Assembly (NCBI GenBank): GCA_018815925.1 | Contig: JAHIWS010000006.1 | Coordinates: 14,286-78,285 of the forward strand | Length of the DNA stretch: 64,000 nt | Direction of reading: 5' to 3' | Source: Nanobdellota archaeon | GTDB taxonomy: Archaea > Nanobdellota > Nanobdellia > Pacearchaeales > GW2011-AR1 | Part shown: positions 18,614-27,579 of the stretch, one piece after another | How the letters are laid out: each line of letters opens with the position of its first letter | Numbering within the stretch: position 1 is the first letter of the stretch | Position numbers and translations under genes: made by a program | The notes under the pieces: model-generated | The model's input: only the letters and a program-made list of their open reading frames with translations | The model's database searches: none | What the model was told of the DNA's origin: nothing

Positions 18614-18955
18614 ATGAGTGAAAATAAAATGGCTGGAAATGATAAAGTTCCTGAACTAACAAATGCAGAATTTAATGATTTTACTAAAGAAGGTTTAGCA
18701 CTTGTGGATTTTTTTGCAGAATGGTGTATGCCTTGTGTTATGATGGGTCCTATTATTGACGAACTTTCTGAAAAATTCAAAGGAAAAATTAAATTCGGAA
18801 AAGTCAATGTTGAAGATAATCAAAGCCTAGCAGCTAAGCATAATGTTTCTTCTATACCTAATATGATTTTATTTAAAAATGGAAAAGAGATTGAAAGATT
18901 TATTGGTTCTGTTTCTGCAGAGGATTTTGAGGTGAAGTTGAAGAAATTTCTCTAA
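18614..18955 (+). CDS. trxA: thioredoxin
   Basis: VDFFAEWCMPCVMMGP (WCxPC active site, here WCMPC), VDVEDN, SIPNMILFKNG. Confidence 0.9.
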   Translation: MSENKMAGNDKVPELTNAEFNDFTKEGLALVDFFAEWCMPCVMMGPIIDELSEKFKGKIKFGKVNVEDNQSLAAKHNVSSIPNMILFKNGKEIERFIGSVSAEDFEVKLKKFL

Positions 18956-18993
18956 GTAAAACTTTTTAAACACATTTTAATTTATTGAGCTAT

Positions 18994-19113
18994 GGCTCCG
19001 TAGCTCAGCCTGGCAGAGCACTGGACTTTTAAGCTGAAACATGTTTCGCTTCCTTAGCGAATTTGATTCACAAAGGAATCCAGGTGTCGAGGGTTCAAAT
19101 CCCTTCGGGGCCA
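18994..19113 (+). tRNA. tRNA-Lys (anticodon UUU) with 46-nt intron (19032-19077)
   Basis: Acceptor GGCTCCG/CGGGGCC, D arm GCTC-AGCCTGGCA-GAGC, anticodon stem CTGGA/TCCAG with loop CTTTTA|intron|A, T arm GAGGG-TTCAAAT-CCCTT, discriminator A. The intron is at the canonical 37/38 position. Confidence 0.85.
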
Positions 19114-19450
19114 TACTTTTTTGAGTAAGTAATTTATCTTCCAAATTGCTTATTGAATTATAAAAAGAGGAAAAAAGAAATAAATTAATGCCTGATTATT
19201 TAGTAAATCTTAAAAAATTACTTCTTAGGAGACAATTTCCAGTATCTTATATGAGAATCTAGATTTAGTTCTCTTCCCCTTCCATCAGTAACTTTAACAT
19301 AGGATGCAAATACTGGTAAAGACCTATAACTGTTTCTTTCATTGGATCCTCTTTTTTACCATTATATTCTTTACCTGTTCAAATATATAAACTACTTGTC
19401 TAAATATTACTAGAATAATTCTTATAAATAGATACCTTTAATACACCAGA

Positions 19451-19525
19451 GAACCCACCGGCTTTGCACAATAAGTGGTTCTTGCACAAAAAGTCATCTA
19501 GTTATTGTGCAAAGCCGAACCCACC
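19451..19525. mobile_element. 57-bp MITE-like inverted-repeat element (19460-19516) with 9-bp flanking direct repeat GAACCCACC
   Basis: GGCTTTGCACAATAA ... TTATTGTGCAAAGCC (15-bp inverted termini). Exact 9-bp GAACCCACC on both sides. Same length as the 18511-18567 copy, with the same internal TGCACA at the same offset. Confidence 0.55.
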
Positions 19526-19539
19526 AAAACCTTTTTAAA
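19526..19539 (+). promoter_or_regulatory. candidate BRE/TATA promoter of the RNA polymerase operon
   Basis: AAAACCTTTTTAAA directly after the MITE-like element, about 80 nt upstream of the rpoH ATG. Confidence 0.4.
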
Positions 19540-19619
19540 CCAAATTTTACTTTCTTTTATTATTGCAAAGTTATTAAAATTTTCACTTGGTTGATACTCT
19601 GCAAAACCCTATTACAAAA

Positions 19620-19829
19620 ATGCCACATATTCTGCAACCAAAACATGTCAAGCTTAATGAAAAAGATGCTGAGAAATTGCTACAAGGATTAAATATTTCT
19701 AAAGCCCAATTACCCAAAATTCTTTCTACAGACACTGTGCTTCCAGAAGGATGTCAGGTAGGGGATATAATTAAAATAGAAAGAAAAGATAGAGACAAGG
19801 TTTATATTTATTATAGGGTGGTAGTGTAA
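19620..19829 (+). CDS. rpoH: DNA-directed RNA polymerase subunit Rpo5 (RpoH)
   Basis: MPHILQPKHVKLNEKDAEKLLQGLNISKAQLPKI...GDIIKIERKD...YYRVVV matches the RpoH pattern (HxLVPKH ... QLPxI ... GDVVxIxR ... YRxV). The ORF track's TTG start at 19587 is unlikely. Confidence 0.85.
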   Translation: MPHILQPKHVKLNEKDAEKLLQGLNISKAQLPKILSTDTVLPEGCQVGDIIKIERKDRDKVYIYYRVVV

Positions 19830-19830
19830 A

Positions 19831-22800
19831 ATGGTTAAAGATTCACAACACATCGTGGTTAAAAAATACTTGAAAGATCATTCGCTAGTTGAATCTAACA
19901 TAACATCTTTTAATAATTTTATTGAAAAAAGAATGCAGGAAATTGTGGATGAAGTTTCTGAAACAATAAATCCAGAGGATTTTGAAATTAGGTTAGGGAA
20001 AATAAAAGTAGGGAAACCAAAAATAGTAGAATCAGATGGAAGTTCTTCTTTAATTATGCCTTATGAAGCTAGATTGAGAAATCTTACTTATGCTGCCCCT
20101 ATTACCTTGGAAATCACAGTAAAAAAAGATAATCAAATTGATTCTGAAATAGTTGAAATAGGAAGAATTCCAATTATGGTAAAAAGTAAAGTGTGTAATA
20201 CTTTTGGAATGGATTCTGAGGAGTTAATAAAAAGTTATTCTGATCCATTAGATCCAGGTGGATATTTTATCATTAAAGGAAATGAAAGAGTCATGGTTCT
20301 TGCAGAAGATTTAGCAGAAAATCAGCCTTTTATTGAAACAGATAAAAAAGATGGGTTGACCTTAAGAGTTTTTTCTTCAAAAGGAACTTATAGAATACCT
20401 TCTTTAATTTCTGAAAATAAAGAAGGAATTTTTGATGTTTCATTTAGTAAATTCAAAAATCTTCCAGCAATAGTTGTTTTAAAAGCATTAGGTTTGACAA
20501 AAGAATCAGATATTTCAAAATACATTGGGAAAGAAACAGATAGTTTGATTGTTAATCTTTACGAATATGTAAGTTTAGCAAGTAGAGATGATGCAATAAT
20601 GTATATTGCTGAAAAAGCCAATTTACAAGGAACAAAAAAAGAAATTGTTGATAGGGTGCAGCAAAGATTAGATTCATATCTTTTTCCACACATAGGTCAA
20701 AAAAAAGAAGATAGAATAAAAAAAGCAGTAACTTTGTGTAAATTAATAAAACAATATATGATTGCAAAAGAAAATCCAAAATTAAGAACAGACAAAGATC
20801 ATTATGCAAACAAAAGAGTTAGACTTTCTGGAGATTTATTATCTACTTTATTCAGAGTTAATCTTGGAATTTTAATAAGAGATATTCAATATTCTTTGCA
20901 AAAATCATCTAAGAGAAAAAAGTTTTTCTCCATAAAAATAATTGCAAAATCTACTTTATTTTCCCATAGGGTTGAATCTGCAATTGCTACCGGAGCTTGG
21001 ACAGGAGAAAGAAGTGGTATTACTCAAAACATGGATAAAACAAATTATTTGGCAACAATTTCTCAACTACAAAGAGTTTCAAGTATGTTACCTAGTGATC
21101 AAGAAAATTTTATGGCAAGAATACTTCACCCAACCCATTATGGAAGGTTCTGTCCTATTGAAACTCCTGAGGGAACAGAAATAGGTCTAAGAAAGAATTT
21201 AGCAATTTTAAGTAGGGTTTCAACAAGAGTGGATTTAGATGAAAATCAATTTTTAAAGGATTTAGAATCTCAAGGATTAAGTAAAGAAGGCTTAGGAAAT
21301 ATAGACATTTTCTTTAATGGAAAATTTATAGGGAGTACAGATAAACCTGAAGAGTTTGTATCTAAAATACGTGAAAAAAGAAGAGATAATGAACTTCCAA
21401 TGCAACTTAATATCAAACATGATTTTCTCTACCAAATAATTGTTATTTCAACTGAACCTGGAAGAGTTTTAAGACCCTTGATAATTGTTGAGAATGGGAA
21501 CCCAAAATTAAAAAATGAACATCTTATTCAATTAGAACAAAATGAAATAAAATGGGGCGATCTTATCTCAAAAGGAATAATTGAATATCTTGATGCATCT
21601 GAAGAAGAAAGTTCATTAGTAGCTTTGTATGAGGAGGAATTAACTCCTGAACACACTCATCTAGAAATAGATAGTTTAGATTTATTTGGGGTTGTAACCA
21701 GTCTTGTTCCTTATGGAAATCATGATCAAAGTTCTAGACTTAATAGAGGAAGTAAAACTCAAAAACAGGCTCTTGGTATTTATGCTGCAAATTATCTTTG
21801 TAGGTTAGATACAGATGTCAGTGTTTTGCAATATCCCCAAAAACCAATTGTAAAAAGTTTTGTATATGATACTCTTAATACTTATCCTGCAGGTCAAAAT
21901 CTAGTTGTGGCCATTATGACTTATGAGGGATATAATATGCAGGACGCACTGGTATTCAATAAAGGGAGTTTAGATAGAGGAGTAGGAAGAAGTTTTTACT
22001 TTAGACCATATTCAGCAATAGAAATGAATTATGCTGGAGGTTTAAAAGATGAAATTGTTATACCTGATAAAGATGCATCAGGTTATAAAACAGAAGAAGA
22101 TTATAGATATTTAGAAAAAGATGGTGTTGTTTATCCTGAAGCAAATGTTGGAGAAGGAGAAGTTTTAATTGGAAAGATTTCACCTCCAAAATTCCTTTCA
22201 GAAGCCCGTGAAATTTCTGTAAGAGCAAAAAAAGAATCAAGTATAACTATGAGACAAGAAGAAAAAGGAATTGTTGATACTGTGTTCATAACAGAAGATG
22301 ATGAAGCAAACAAAGTTGTACAGGTTAAAACACGTGACCAACGTATTCCAGAATTAGGAGATAAATTTGCTACAGCTCATGGACAAAAAGGAGTTATTGG
22401 TATGATTGTTGATGAAAATGATATACCTTTTACTTCAAGAGGAATTAGGCCAGATGTAATTTTTAATCCACATGGTTTACCAAGTAGAATGACTGTTGGT
22501 TATTTACTAGAATTATTAGCAGGTAAAATAGGTTGTTTAAGAGGCAAAGTTGTTGATGGAACTTGTTTTTCAGGGGAAAGTAAAGAAAAACTAGAAGATC
22601 AACTAAAAAATTTAGGATTTAGATATGATGGAAAAGAAACAATGTATAGTGGAGTTACTGGAAAAAAATTTGTTTCAAAAATATTTATTGGTAATCTTTA
22701 TTATTTAAAACTAAAATATATGGTGGCTAATAAATTACATGGAAGAGCTTCAGGAAAAATTGCACTTTTAACAAGACAACCTGTGGAAGGTAGATCTAGG

Positions 22801-23088
22801 GGAGGGGCATTAAGGTTAGGAGAAATGGAACAGCAGGTTTTAGTTGCTCATGGTGCATCATTATTGTTAAAAGAAAGATATGATTCAGATAAAGTTACAA
22901 TTCCTATTTGTACAAAATGTGGTGCTATAGCTATTGATGATAGTGTAAGAAGTAAAATTTCATGTCCTATTTGTAATAGTGAAGATGTTGAATTTGTTGA
23001 GATATCATATGCATTTAAACTTCTTTTAGAAGAACTTCAAGGATTACATATACACACCAATTTTAAATTAAAAAACAAATACGAATAA
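19831..23088 (+). CDS. rpoB: DNA-directed RNA polymerase subunit Rpo2 (RpoB), unsplit
   Basis: 1085 aa. GYFIIKGNERV, HPTHYGRFCPIETPEGTEIGL, GDKFATAHGQKGV, LRLGEMEQQVLVAHGA, C-terminal zinc ribbon CTKCG...CPICN. Confidence 0.97.
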   Translation: MVKDSQHIVVKKYLKDHSLVESNITSFNNFIEKRMQEIVDEVSETINPEDFEIRLGKIKVGKPKIVESDGSSSLIMPYEARLRNLTYAAPITLEITVKKDNQIDSEIVEIGRIPIMVKSKVCNTFGMDSEELIKSYSDPLDPGGYFIIKGNERVMVLAEDLAENQPFIETDKKDGLTLRVFSSKGTYRIPSLISENKEGIFDVSFSKFKNLPAIVVLKALGLTKESDISKYIGKETDSLIVNLYEYVSLASRDDAIMYIAEKANLQGTKKEIVDRVQQRLDSYLFPHIGQKKEDRIKKAVTLCKLIKQYMIAKENPKLRTDKDHYANKRVRLSGDLLSTLFRVNLGILIRDIQYSLQKSSKRKKFFSIKIIAKSTLFSHRVESAIATGAWTGERSGITQNMDKTNYLATISQLQRVSSMLPSDQENFMARILHPTHYGRFCPIETPEGTEIGLRKNLAILSRVSTRVDLDENQFLKDLESQGLSKEGLGNIDIFFNGKFIGSTDKPEEFVSKIREKRRDNELPMQLNIKHDFLYQIIVISTEPGRVLRPLIIVENGNPKLKNEHLIQLEQNEIKWGDLISKGIIEYLDASEEESSLVALYEEELTPEHTHLEIDSLDLFGVVTSLVPYGNHDQSSRLNRGSKTQKQALGIYAANYLCRLDTDVSVLQYPQKPIVKSFVYDTLNTYPAGQNLVVAIMTYEGYNMQDALVFNKGSLDRGVGRSFYFRPYSAIEMNYAGGLKDEIVIPDKDASGYKTEEDYRYLEKDGVVYPEANVGEGEVLIGKISPPKFLSEAREISVRAKKESSITMRQEEKGIVDTVFITEDDEANKVVQVKTRDQRIPELGDKFATAHGQKGVIGMIVDENDIPFTSRGIRPDVIFNPHGLPSRMTVGYLLELLAGKIGCLRGKVVDGTCFSGESKEKLEDQLKNLGFRYDGKETMYSGVTGKKFVSKIFIGNLYYLKLKYMVANKLHGRASGKIALLTRQPVEGRSRGGALRLGEMEQQVLVAHGASLLLKERYDSDKVTIPICTKCGAIAIDDSVRSKISCPICNSEDVEFVEISYAFKLLLEELQGLHIHTNFKLKNKYE

Positions 23089-23090
23089 AA

Positions 23091-23384
23091 ATGATTCCAG
23101 AACATAATTTTGAGAGAATGAAAAAATATAAAATTACTGTACCAACAGGATCAGGGAAAAAAGAGATAGTTAGAGCAAGATATAAGGGATTAATAGAGGG
23201 AACCCATGTATTTGAAAATGAAGCTAGTTATGTAGTAGCTGAAGATGATCAAATAGTTGTTGGAGGAGATATTATTAATCAAAAATTACACTTATCTTCT
23301 ATAGGTATCGGAAGAATTAATAAAAGTTTATTAGGCCTCACTAGAAAAATAAATAAATTAGAACAAACAAACAATAAAAAATGA
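23091..23384 (+). CDS. hypothetical protein (97 aa) between rpoB and rpoA
   Basis: Starts 2 nt after the rpoB stop. 4-nt overlap with the next ORF. No recognisable family. Confidence 0.45.
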   Translation: MIPEHNFERMKKYKITVPTGSGKKEIVRARYKGLIEGTHVFENEASYVVAEDDQIVVGGDIINQKLHLSSIGIGRINKSLLGLTRKINKLEQTNNKK

Positions 23385-23608
23385 ACCAAAAAAATAACCG
23401 TGAAAGAAAAATGATTAAATTGTTTAATTCTATAAAATTAGTAGATAGGTGGGACAATCTTTGTAGATATATTCAAAATCCATTAAATTCACAAGATGAT
23501 GAATGTGGAGATTGCAGTGCTTTAGAAATTGATGCTAAAAATAAATGCCCAATTTATAAAATGAACATACAAAAAGAATATAGATTAAATCAAAATTTAT
23601 CAGAATAA
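23381..23608 (+). CDS. hypothetical Cys-containing protein (65-75 aa) between rpoB and rpoA
   Basis: ATGA overlap with the previous ORF. Ends 7 nt before rpoA. Cys residues at NLCRY, ECGDCS and KCPIY. Confidence 0.4.
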   Translation: MNQKNNRERKMIKLFNSIKLVDRWDNLCRYIQNPLNSQDDECGDCSALEIDAKNKCPIYKMNIQKEYRLNQNLSE

Positions 23609-23615
23609 AACTAAA

Positions 23616-26600
23616 ATGCAAAAAATAATCAGAAAAAAAATAGGAGAAATTAGATTTAGTTTACTTAGTCCAGAAAAAATTAAAAAATTATCAGCAGCAA
23701 AAATTGTAACACCTGAACTTTATGATATAGATGGTTATCCTGTTGATGGGGGTTTAATGGATCTTAGGCTAGGGGCAATTGATCCTGGAGTAAGATGTAG
23801 GACTTGTGGTGGAAGACTTAAAGAATGTTTAGGGCATTCTGGAAGTATTGATCTTGCCAGACCAGTAATTCATTTAAAATACATACCTTTAATTGAACTT
23901 GGATTAAGGTGTTTTTGTCATTCATGTAAAAAATTAATGATAGCAGATAAAGATTTAGAAAAATATTCTGCAAGTCAAAGAGCTAAGAAATCAAAAGATG
24001 CTAAAAAATGTCCTCACTGTCAATCAGCTCAAGATAAAATTAAATTAGATAAACCAACAAATTTCCTTAGGGGAAAAACAAGATTATTTCCTACAGAAAT
24101 AAGAGAAATACTAAGTAATGTTCCTGATTCTGAATTAAGAAAAATAGCAATTGACCCAACAACTTCAAGACCAGAGTGGGCTATATTAACAACTCTTTTA
24201 GTACCTCCTGTAACAGTAAGACCAAGTATTATTCTTGAATCTGGTGAAAGAAGTGAAGATGATCTTACACATAAACTTTCTGATATTATCAGGGCAAATC
24301 AAAGACTTTGGGAAAACCTAAATGCAGGAGCTCCAGAAGTTATTATTGAGGATCTTTGGGATTTATTACAATTTCACATCACAACTTTTTTTGATAATAC
24401 AGTGGCTAGAATTCCCCCTGCAAGACATAGAAGCGGACAACCACTTAAAACAATAACAGAAAGAATCAAGGGTAAGGAAGGAAGAATAAGAAAAAATCTT
24501 GCTGGTAAAAGAGTTAATTTTTCTGGAAGAACAGTTATTTCACCTGATCCTTCAATAGAAATAAATGAAGTGGGTATTCCATATGAAATTGCTAAAGTTG
24601 TCACTGTTGCTGAAACAGTAAATGATTTAAATATTGAAAAATTAAAAAAATTGATTCAAAAAGCAGAAGTTTATCCTGGAGCAAATTATATTATTAGACC
24701 TGATGGCAAAAGAAAAAAAATAACTGCTGACTTAAAAGAAGAAATAGTTGCTGAAATATCACCTGGTTATAAGGTAGAAAGACATCTTCAAGATGGAGAT
24801 ATTGTATTGTTCAATAGACATCCAAGTCTGCACAGGGGTAGTCTCATGAGTCATTATGTAAAAGTTCTTCCAGGTAGAACATTTAGATTACATCCTGCTG
24901 TAGCTTTTCCCTATAATGCTGATTTTGATGGAGATGAAATGAATATTCATTCCCCTCAAACAGAAGAAGCAAGATCAGAAGCAAAAGTACTTCTTGATGT
25001 TAAACAAAATTTAATTTCACCAAAAAATAGCACCAATTTTATAGGGTGTGTGGATGATTCAATAACAGGAAATTATTTGATTGGAATGGACACTTTTTCA
25101 AAAGAAGATGCAAATCAAATTCTTTATAAATCAGGAATAAAATCCCAAATTTCAAAGAAGACCATTTCAGGATTAGAATTATTCTCAAAAGTTCTTCCTA
25201 AAATTAATTTTTCAAGTGATTCTATTAATATCAAAGAAGGAGAAATAATTAAAGGAGTACTTGATAAAACAGTTTTTGGTGATGAAGGAGGAGATTTAAT
25301 TAAGGAATTAGATAAAAGTGTTGGAAGATTAGAGGCTTTTGATACAATAAAAAGAGCATTTAACATGGGAAAAAATTATTTAACAGATAGAGGTATAACA
25401 ATATCAGTTGAAGATCTTGATTTAGACAAATCAGTTGTTGAAAAAGCAAAAGAAATCATTGAGAAAGCAGAACAAAGGACTAAAGAAGTGATTGTTTCCT
25501 ACGATGAGAGAACTCTTGAAATTATTCCTGGGAAGACAAAAGAAGAATCAAGAGAATTAAAAATACTTAAAATTTTAAACGAAGTAAGAACAAAAATAGG
25601 GGAGATTGTTAAAAAAGAGTTTTCTGCAGAGAATCCTGTTTCACATATGATTAAGTCTGGGGGGGGAGGGAATATTTTGAATATAACTCAGATGGCTTGC
25701 TGTGTTGGACAGCAAGATTTAGAAGGTAAAAGAATTGATTTAGGCTATAATGATAGAACACTTTCATTTTTTAAGAAAGGAGATTTATCACCAAAATCAA
25801 GAGGGTTCATAAATAGTCCTTTTATAAAAGGATTAAGACCAGATGAATTCTTTTTTGGAGCTATTACTGGTAGGGCTACACTTATGGATACTGGATTAAG
25901 AACTCCAAAATCAGGATATTTATATAGAAGATTAGCAAATGCATTACAAGATCTTAAAAAAGAGTATGATGGAACAGTAAGAGATAGCAACAACAATATA
26001 ATCCAATTTGAATATGGAGAAGATGGTTTAGATGTTTCACAACTTCACCTGAAAAAGGAGCTTGATCCTGGAGAAGCTATTGGAATCATTACTGCCCAAT
26101 CATTTGGAGAGCCTTCAACACAAATGGTTTTGAGAACTTTTCATTTTGCAGGTGTTTCTGAAATGCAAGTTACCCAAGGTCTTCCAAGACTTATAGAAAT
26201 TTTTGATGCTAGAAAAAAACCTTCATCCCCAAAAATGGAAATTTATTTGAATAAAGATAATAATAATGAAAATTCAGCAAGAGTATTTGCTGAAAAAATA
26301 AAAGAGGTTTCAATAAGAGAAATCTCTTCAGAAATTAATTTGAATTTTAGTGATAAAAAAATAGAAATCAAAATTGACAAAGAAGGGTTAAAACAAATTC
26401 ATACTTCAGTAGCAAAAGTTGTGGAAAGACTTAAAGATTTAAAATTTAAGGCTAAAGAGACTGGAGATTCAATAATTCTAAGTGCTAGTGATTTAAATTT
26501 CAAAGAAATTTATAAACTTAAAGAAAAATTAAAGAACACAGTAATATCAGGAGTTAAAGGAGTAAAACAAGTTTTAGTTGTAAAAAGGGGAAAGGATTTT

Positions 26601-27104
26601 ATTGTAACAACCCTTGGGACTAATTTAAAAGACATATTAGAATTAAAAGAAGTTAGTAGGGATAATATTATTTCAAATGATTTGCATGAGGTGGAAAAAG
26701 TTTTTGGAATTGAAGTAGCAAGACAATTAATAATAAATGAAATATATGAGGTTATTAATGTTCAGGGATTAGATATCGATAAAAGACATCTTAAATTAGT
26801 AGCAGATGCTATGACAAATACAGGTAATGTGAAAGGAGTTACAAGAATAGGAATAATTGCTCAAAAATCATCTATTTTAGCAAGAGCTACTTTTGAAACC
26901 CCAGTAAAACAATTTGTTAATGCTACAATAAAAGGTTCTGGAGATAAATTATCTAGTGTTATTGAAAATATAATTCTTAATCAACCGATTCCTGTTGGAA
27001 CAGGATTACCTGGATTATTGGTTAAGGTTATAGGCCCTCTAACTAAAAAAGAAGAAGAAAAGAAAACAGCAAAGAAAAAAATTGTTGAACAAACTAATAG
27101 ATGA
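23616..27104 (+). CDS. rpoA: DNA-directed RNA polymerase subunit Rpo1 (RpoA), A' and A'' parts fused in one ORF
   Basis: 1162 aa continuous. Zinc site CRTCGG...CLGHSG, catalytic YNADFDGDEMNIH, and in the same frame the A''-type trigger-loop region GEAIGIITAQSFGEPSTQMVLRTFHFAGV. Confidence 0.95.
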   Translation: MQKIIRKKIGEIRFSLLSPEKIKKLSAAKIVTPELYDIDGYPVDGGLMDLRLGAIDPGVRCRTCGGRLKECLGHSGSIDLARPVIHLKYIPLIELGLRCFCHSCKKLMIADKDLEKYSASQRAKKSKDAKKCPHCQSAQDKIKLDKPTNFLRGKTRLFPTEIREILSNVPDSELRKIAIDPTTSRPEWAILTTLLVPPVTVRPSIILESGERSEDDLTHKLSDIIRANQRLWENLNAGAPEVIIEDLWDLLQFHITTFFDNTVARIPPARHRSGQPLKTITERIKGKEGRIRKNLAGKRVNFSGRTVISPDPSIEINEVGIPYEIAKVVTVAETVNDLNIEKLKKLIQKAEVYPGANYIIRPDGKRKKITADLKEEIVAEISPGYKVERHLQDGDIVLFNRHPSLHRGSLMSHYVKVLPGRTFRLHPAVAFPYNADFDGDEMNIHSPQTEEARSEAKVLLDVKQNLISPKNSTNFIGCVDDSITGNYLIGMDTFSKEDANQILYKSGIKSQISKKTISGLELFSKVLPKINFSSDSINIKEGEIIKGVLDKTVFGDEGGDLIKELDKSVGRLEAFDTIKRAFNMGKNYLTDRGITISVEDLDLDKSVVEKAKEIIEKAEQRTKEVIVSYDERTLEIIPGKTKEESRELKILKILNEVRTKIGEIVKKEFSAENPVSHMIKSGGGGNILNITQMACCVGQQDLEGKRIDLGYNDRTLSFFKKGDLSPKSRGFINSPFIKGLRPDEFFFGAITGRATLMDTGLRTPKSGYLYRRLANALQDLKKEYDGTVRDSNNNIIQFEYGEDGLDVSQLHLKKELDPGEAIGIITAQSFGEPSTQMVLRTFHFAGVSEMQVTQGLPRLIEIFDARKKPSSPKMEIYLNKDNNNENSARVFAEKIKEVSIREISSEINLNFSDKKIEIKIDKEGLKQIHTSVAKVVERLKDLKFKAKETGDSIILSASDLNFKEIYKLKEKLKNTVISGVKGVKQVLVVKRGKDFIVTTLGTNLKDILELKEVSRDNIISNDLHEVEKVFGIEVARQLIINEIYEVINVQGLDIDKRHLKLVADAMTNTGNVKGVTRIGIIAQKSSILARATFETPVKQFVNATIKGSGDKLSSVIENIILNQPIPVGTGLPGLLVKVIGPLTKKEEEKKTAKKKIVEQTNR

Positions 27105-27115
27105 TTTTTCCTGTG

Positions 27116-27129
27116 GAAACCTTTATAAA
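27116..27129 (+). promoter_or_regulatory. BRE/TATA element upstream of nusA
   Basis: GAAACCTTTATAAA. The TATA ends 26 nt before the ATG at 27156. Confidence 0.5.
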
Positions 27130-27155
27130 CAAACTTCTTTTTCAAAAATCATAAG

Positions 27156-27572
27156 ATGGTAAATGTAATAGATATGAGGGATCTTAGATATCTTAATTTA
27201 TTTGGAAACATTACTAAAATAGATACAAAATTTTGTTTCAGATATAATGAAGTATTAATATTTTGTATCCCAAAACAACTTATTAGAAGAGCTGTTGGAG
27301 AAAATGGAAGAAATGTAAAAAAACTTAGTGAAATTTTAAGGAAAAAAATAAAAATAATTCCCATACCCCAAAACCCAGAACACATAAGGCCATTTATTGA
27401 ATCTGTTGTTAGTCCTGTAAAATTTAAAGATTTGGAAGTTAAAGATAATGAAGTAATTTTAACTGCAGGAAGTAATAGTAAAGCAGCACTTATTGGAAGA
27501 AATAAGCGTAGATTTTTTGAAATGCAGGAAATTATAAAAGATTTTTTTAAAAAAGATTTTAAGATTATTTAA
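27156..27572 (+). CDS. nusA: archaeal NusA-like transcription termination factor (two KH domains)
   Basis: 138 aa. RRAVGENGRNVKKLSEIL and AALIGRNKRRFFEMQEI are the GxxG-type KH motifs. Conserved position after rpoA. Confidence 0.8.
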   Translation: MVNVIDMRDLRYLNLFGNITKIDTKFCFRYNEVLIFCIPKQLIRRAVGENGRNVKKLSEILRKKIKIIPIPQNPEHIRPFIESVVSPVKFKDLEVKDNEVILTAGSNSKAALIGRNKRRFFEMQEIIKDFFKKDFKII

Positions 27573-27579
27573 AACTAAA

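Noticed and set aside
19507-19692. 61-aa ORF upstream of rpoH, and the TTG-initiated 80-aa version of rpoH (19587)
   Set aside because: The first overlaps the MITE-like element and the promoter. For rpoH, the ATG at 19620 gives the conserved MxHxLxPKH N-terminus seen in RpoH proteins.
20552-22313. Several 60-85-aa ORFs inside rpoB, antisense or out of frame (20552-20809, 20942-21184, 22058-22240, 22131-22313)
   Set aside because: They are embedded in a highly conserved long gene. Their leucine/phenylalanine-rich translations are typical of shadow ORFs in AT-rich DNA.
24374-25996. Antisense ORFs inside rpoA (24374-24604, 25124-25366, 25745-25996)
   Set aside because: Same reasoning: shadow ORFs opposite a conserved coding frame.
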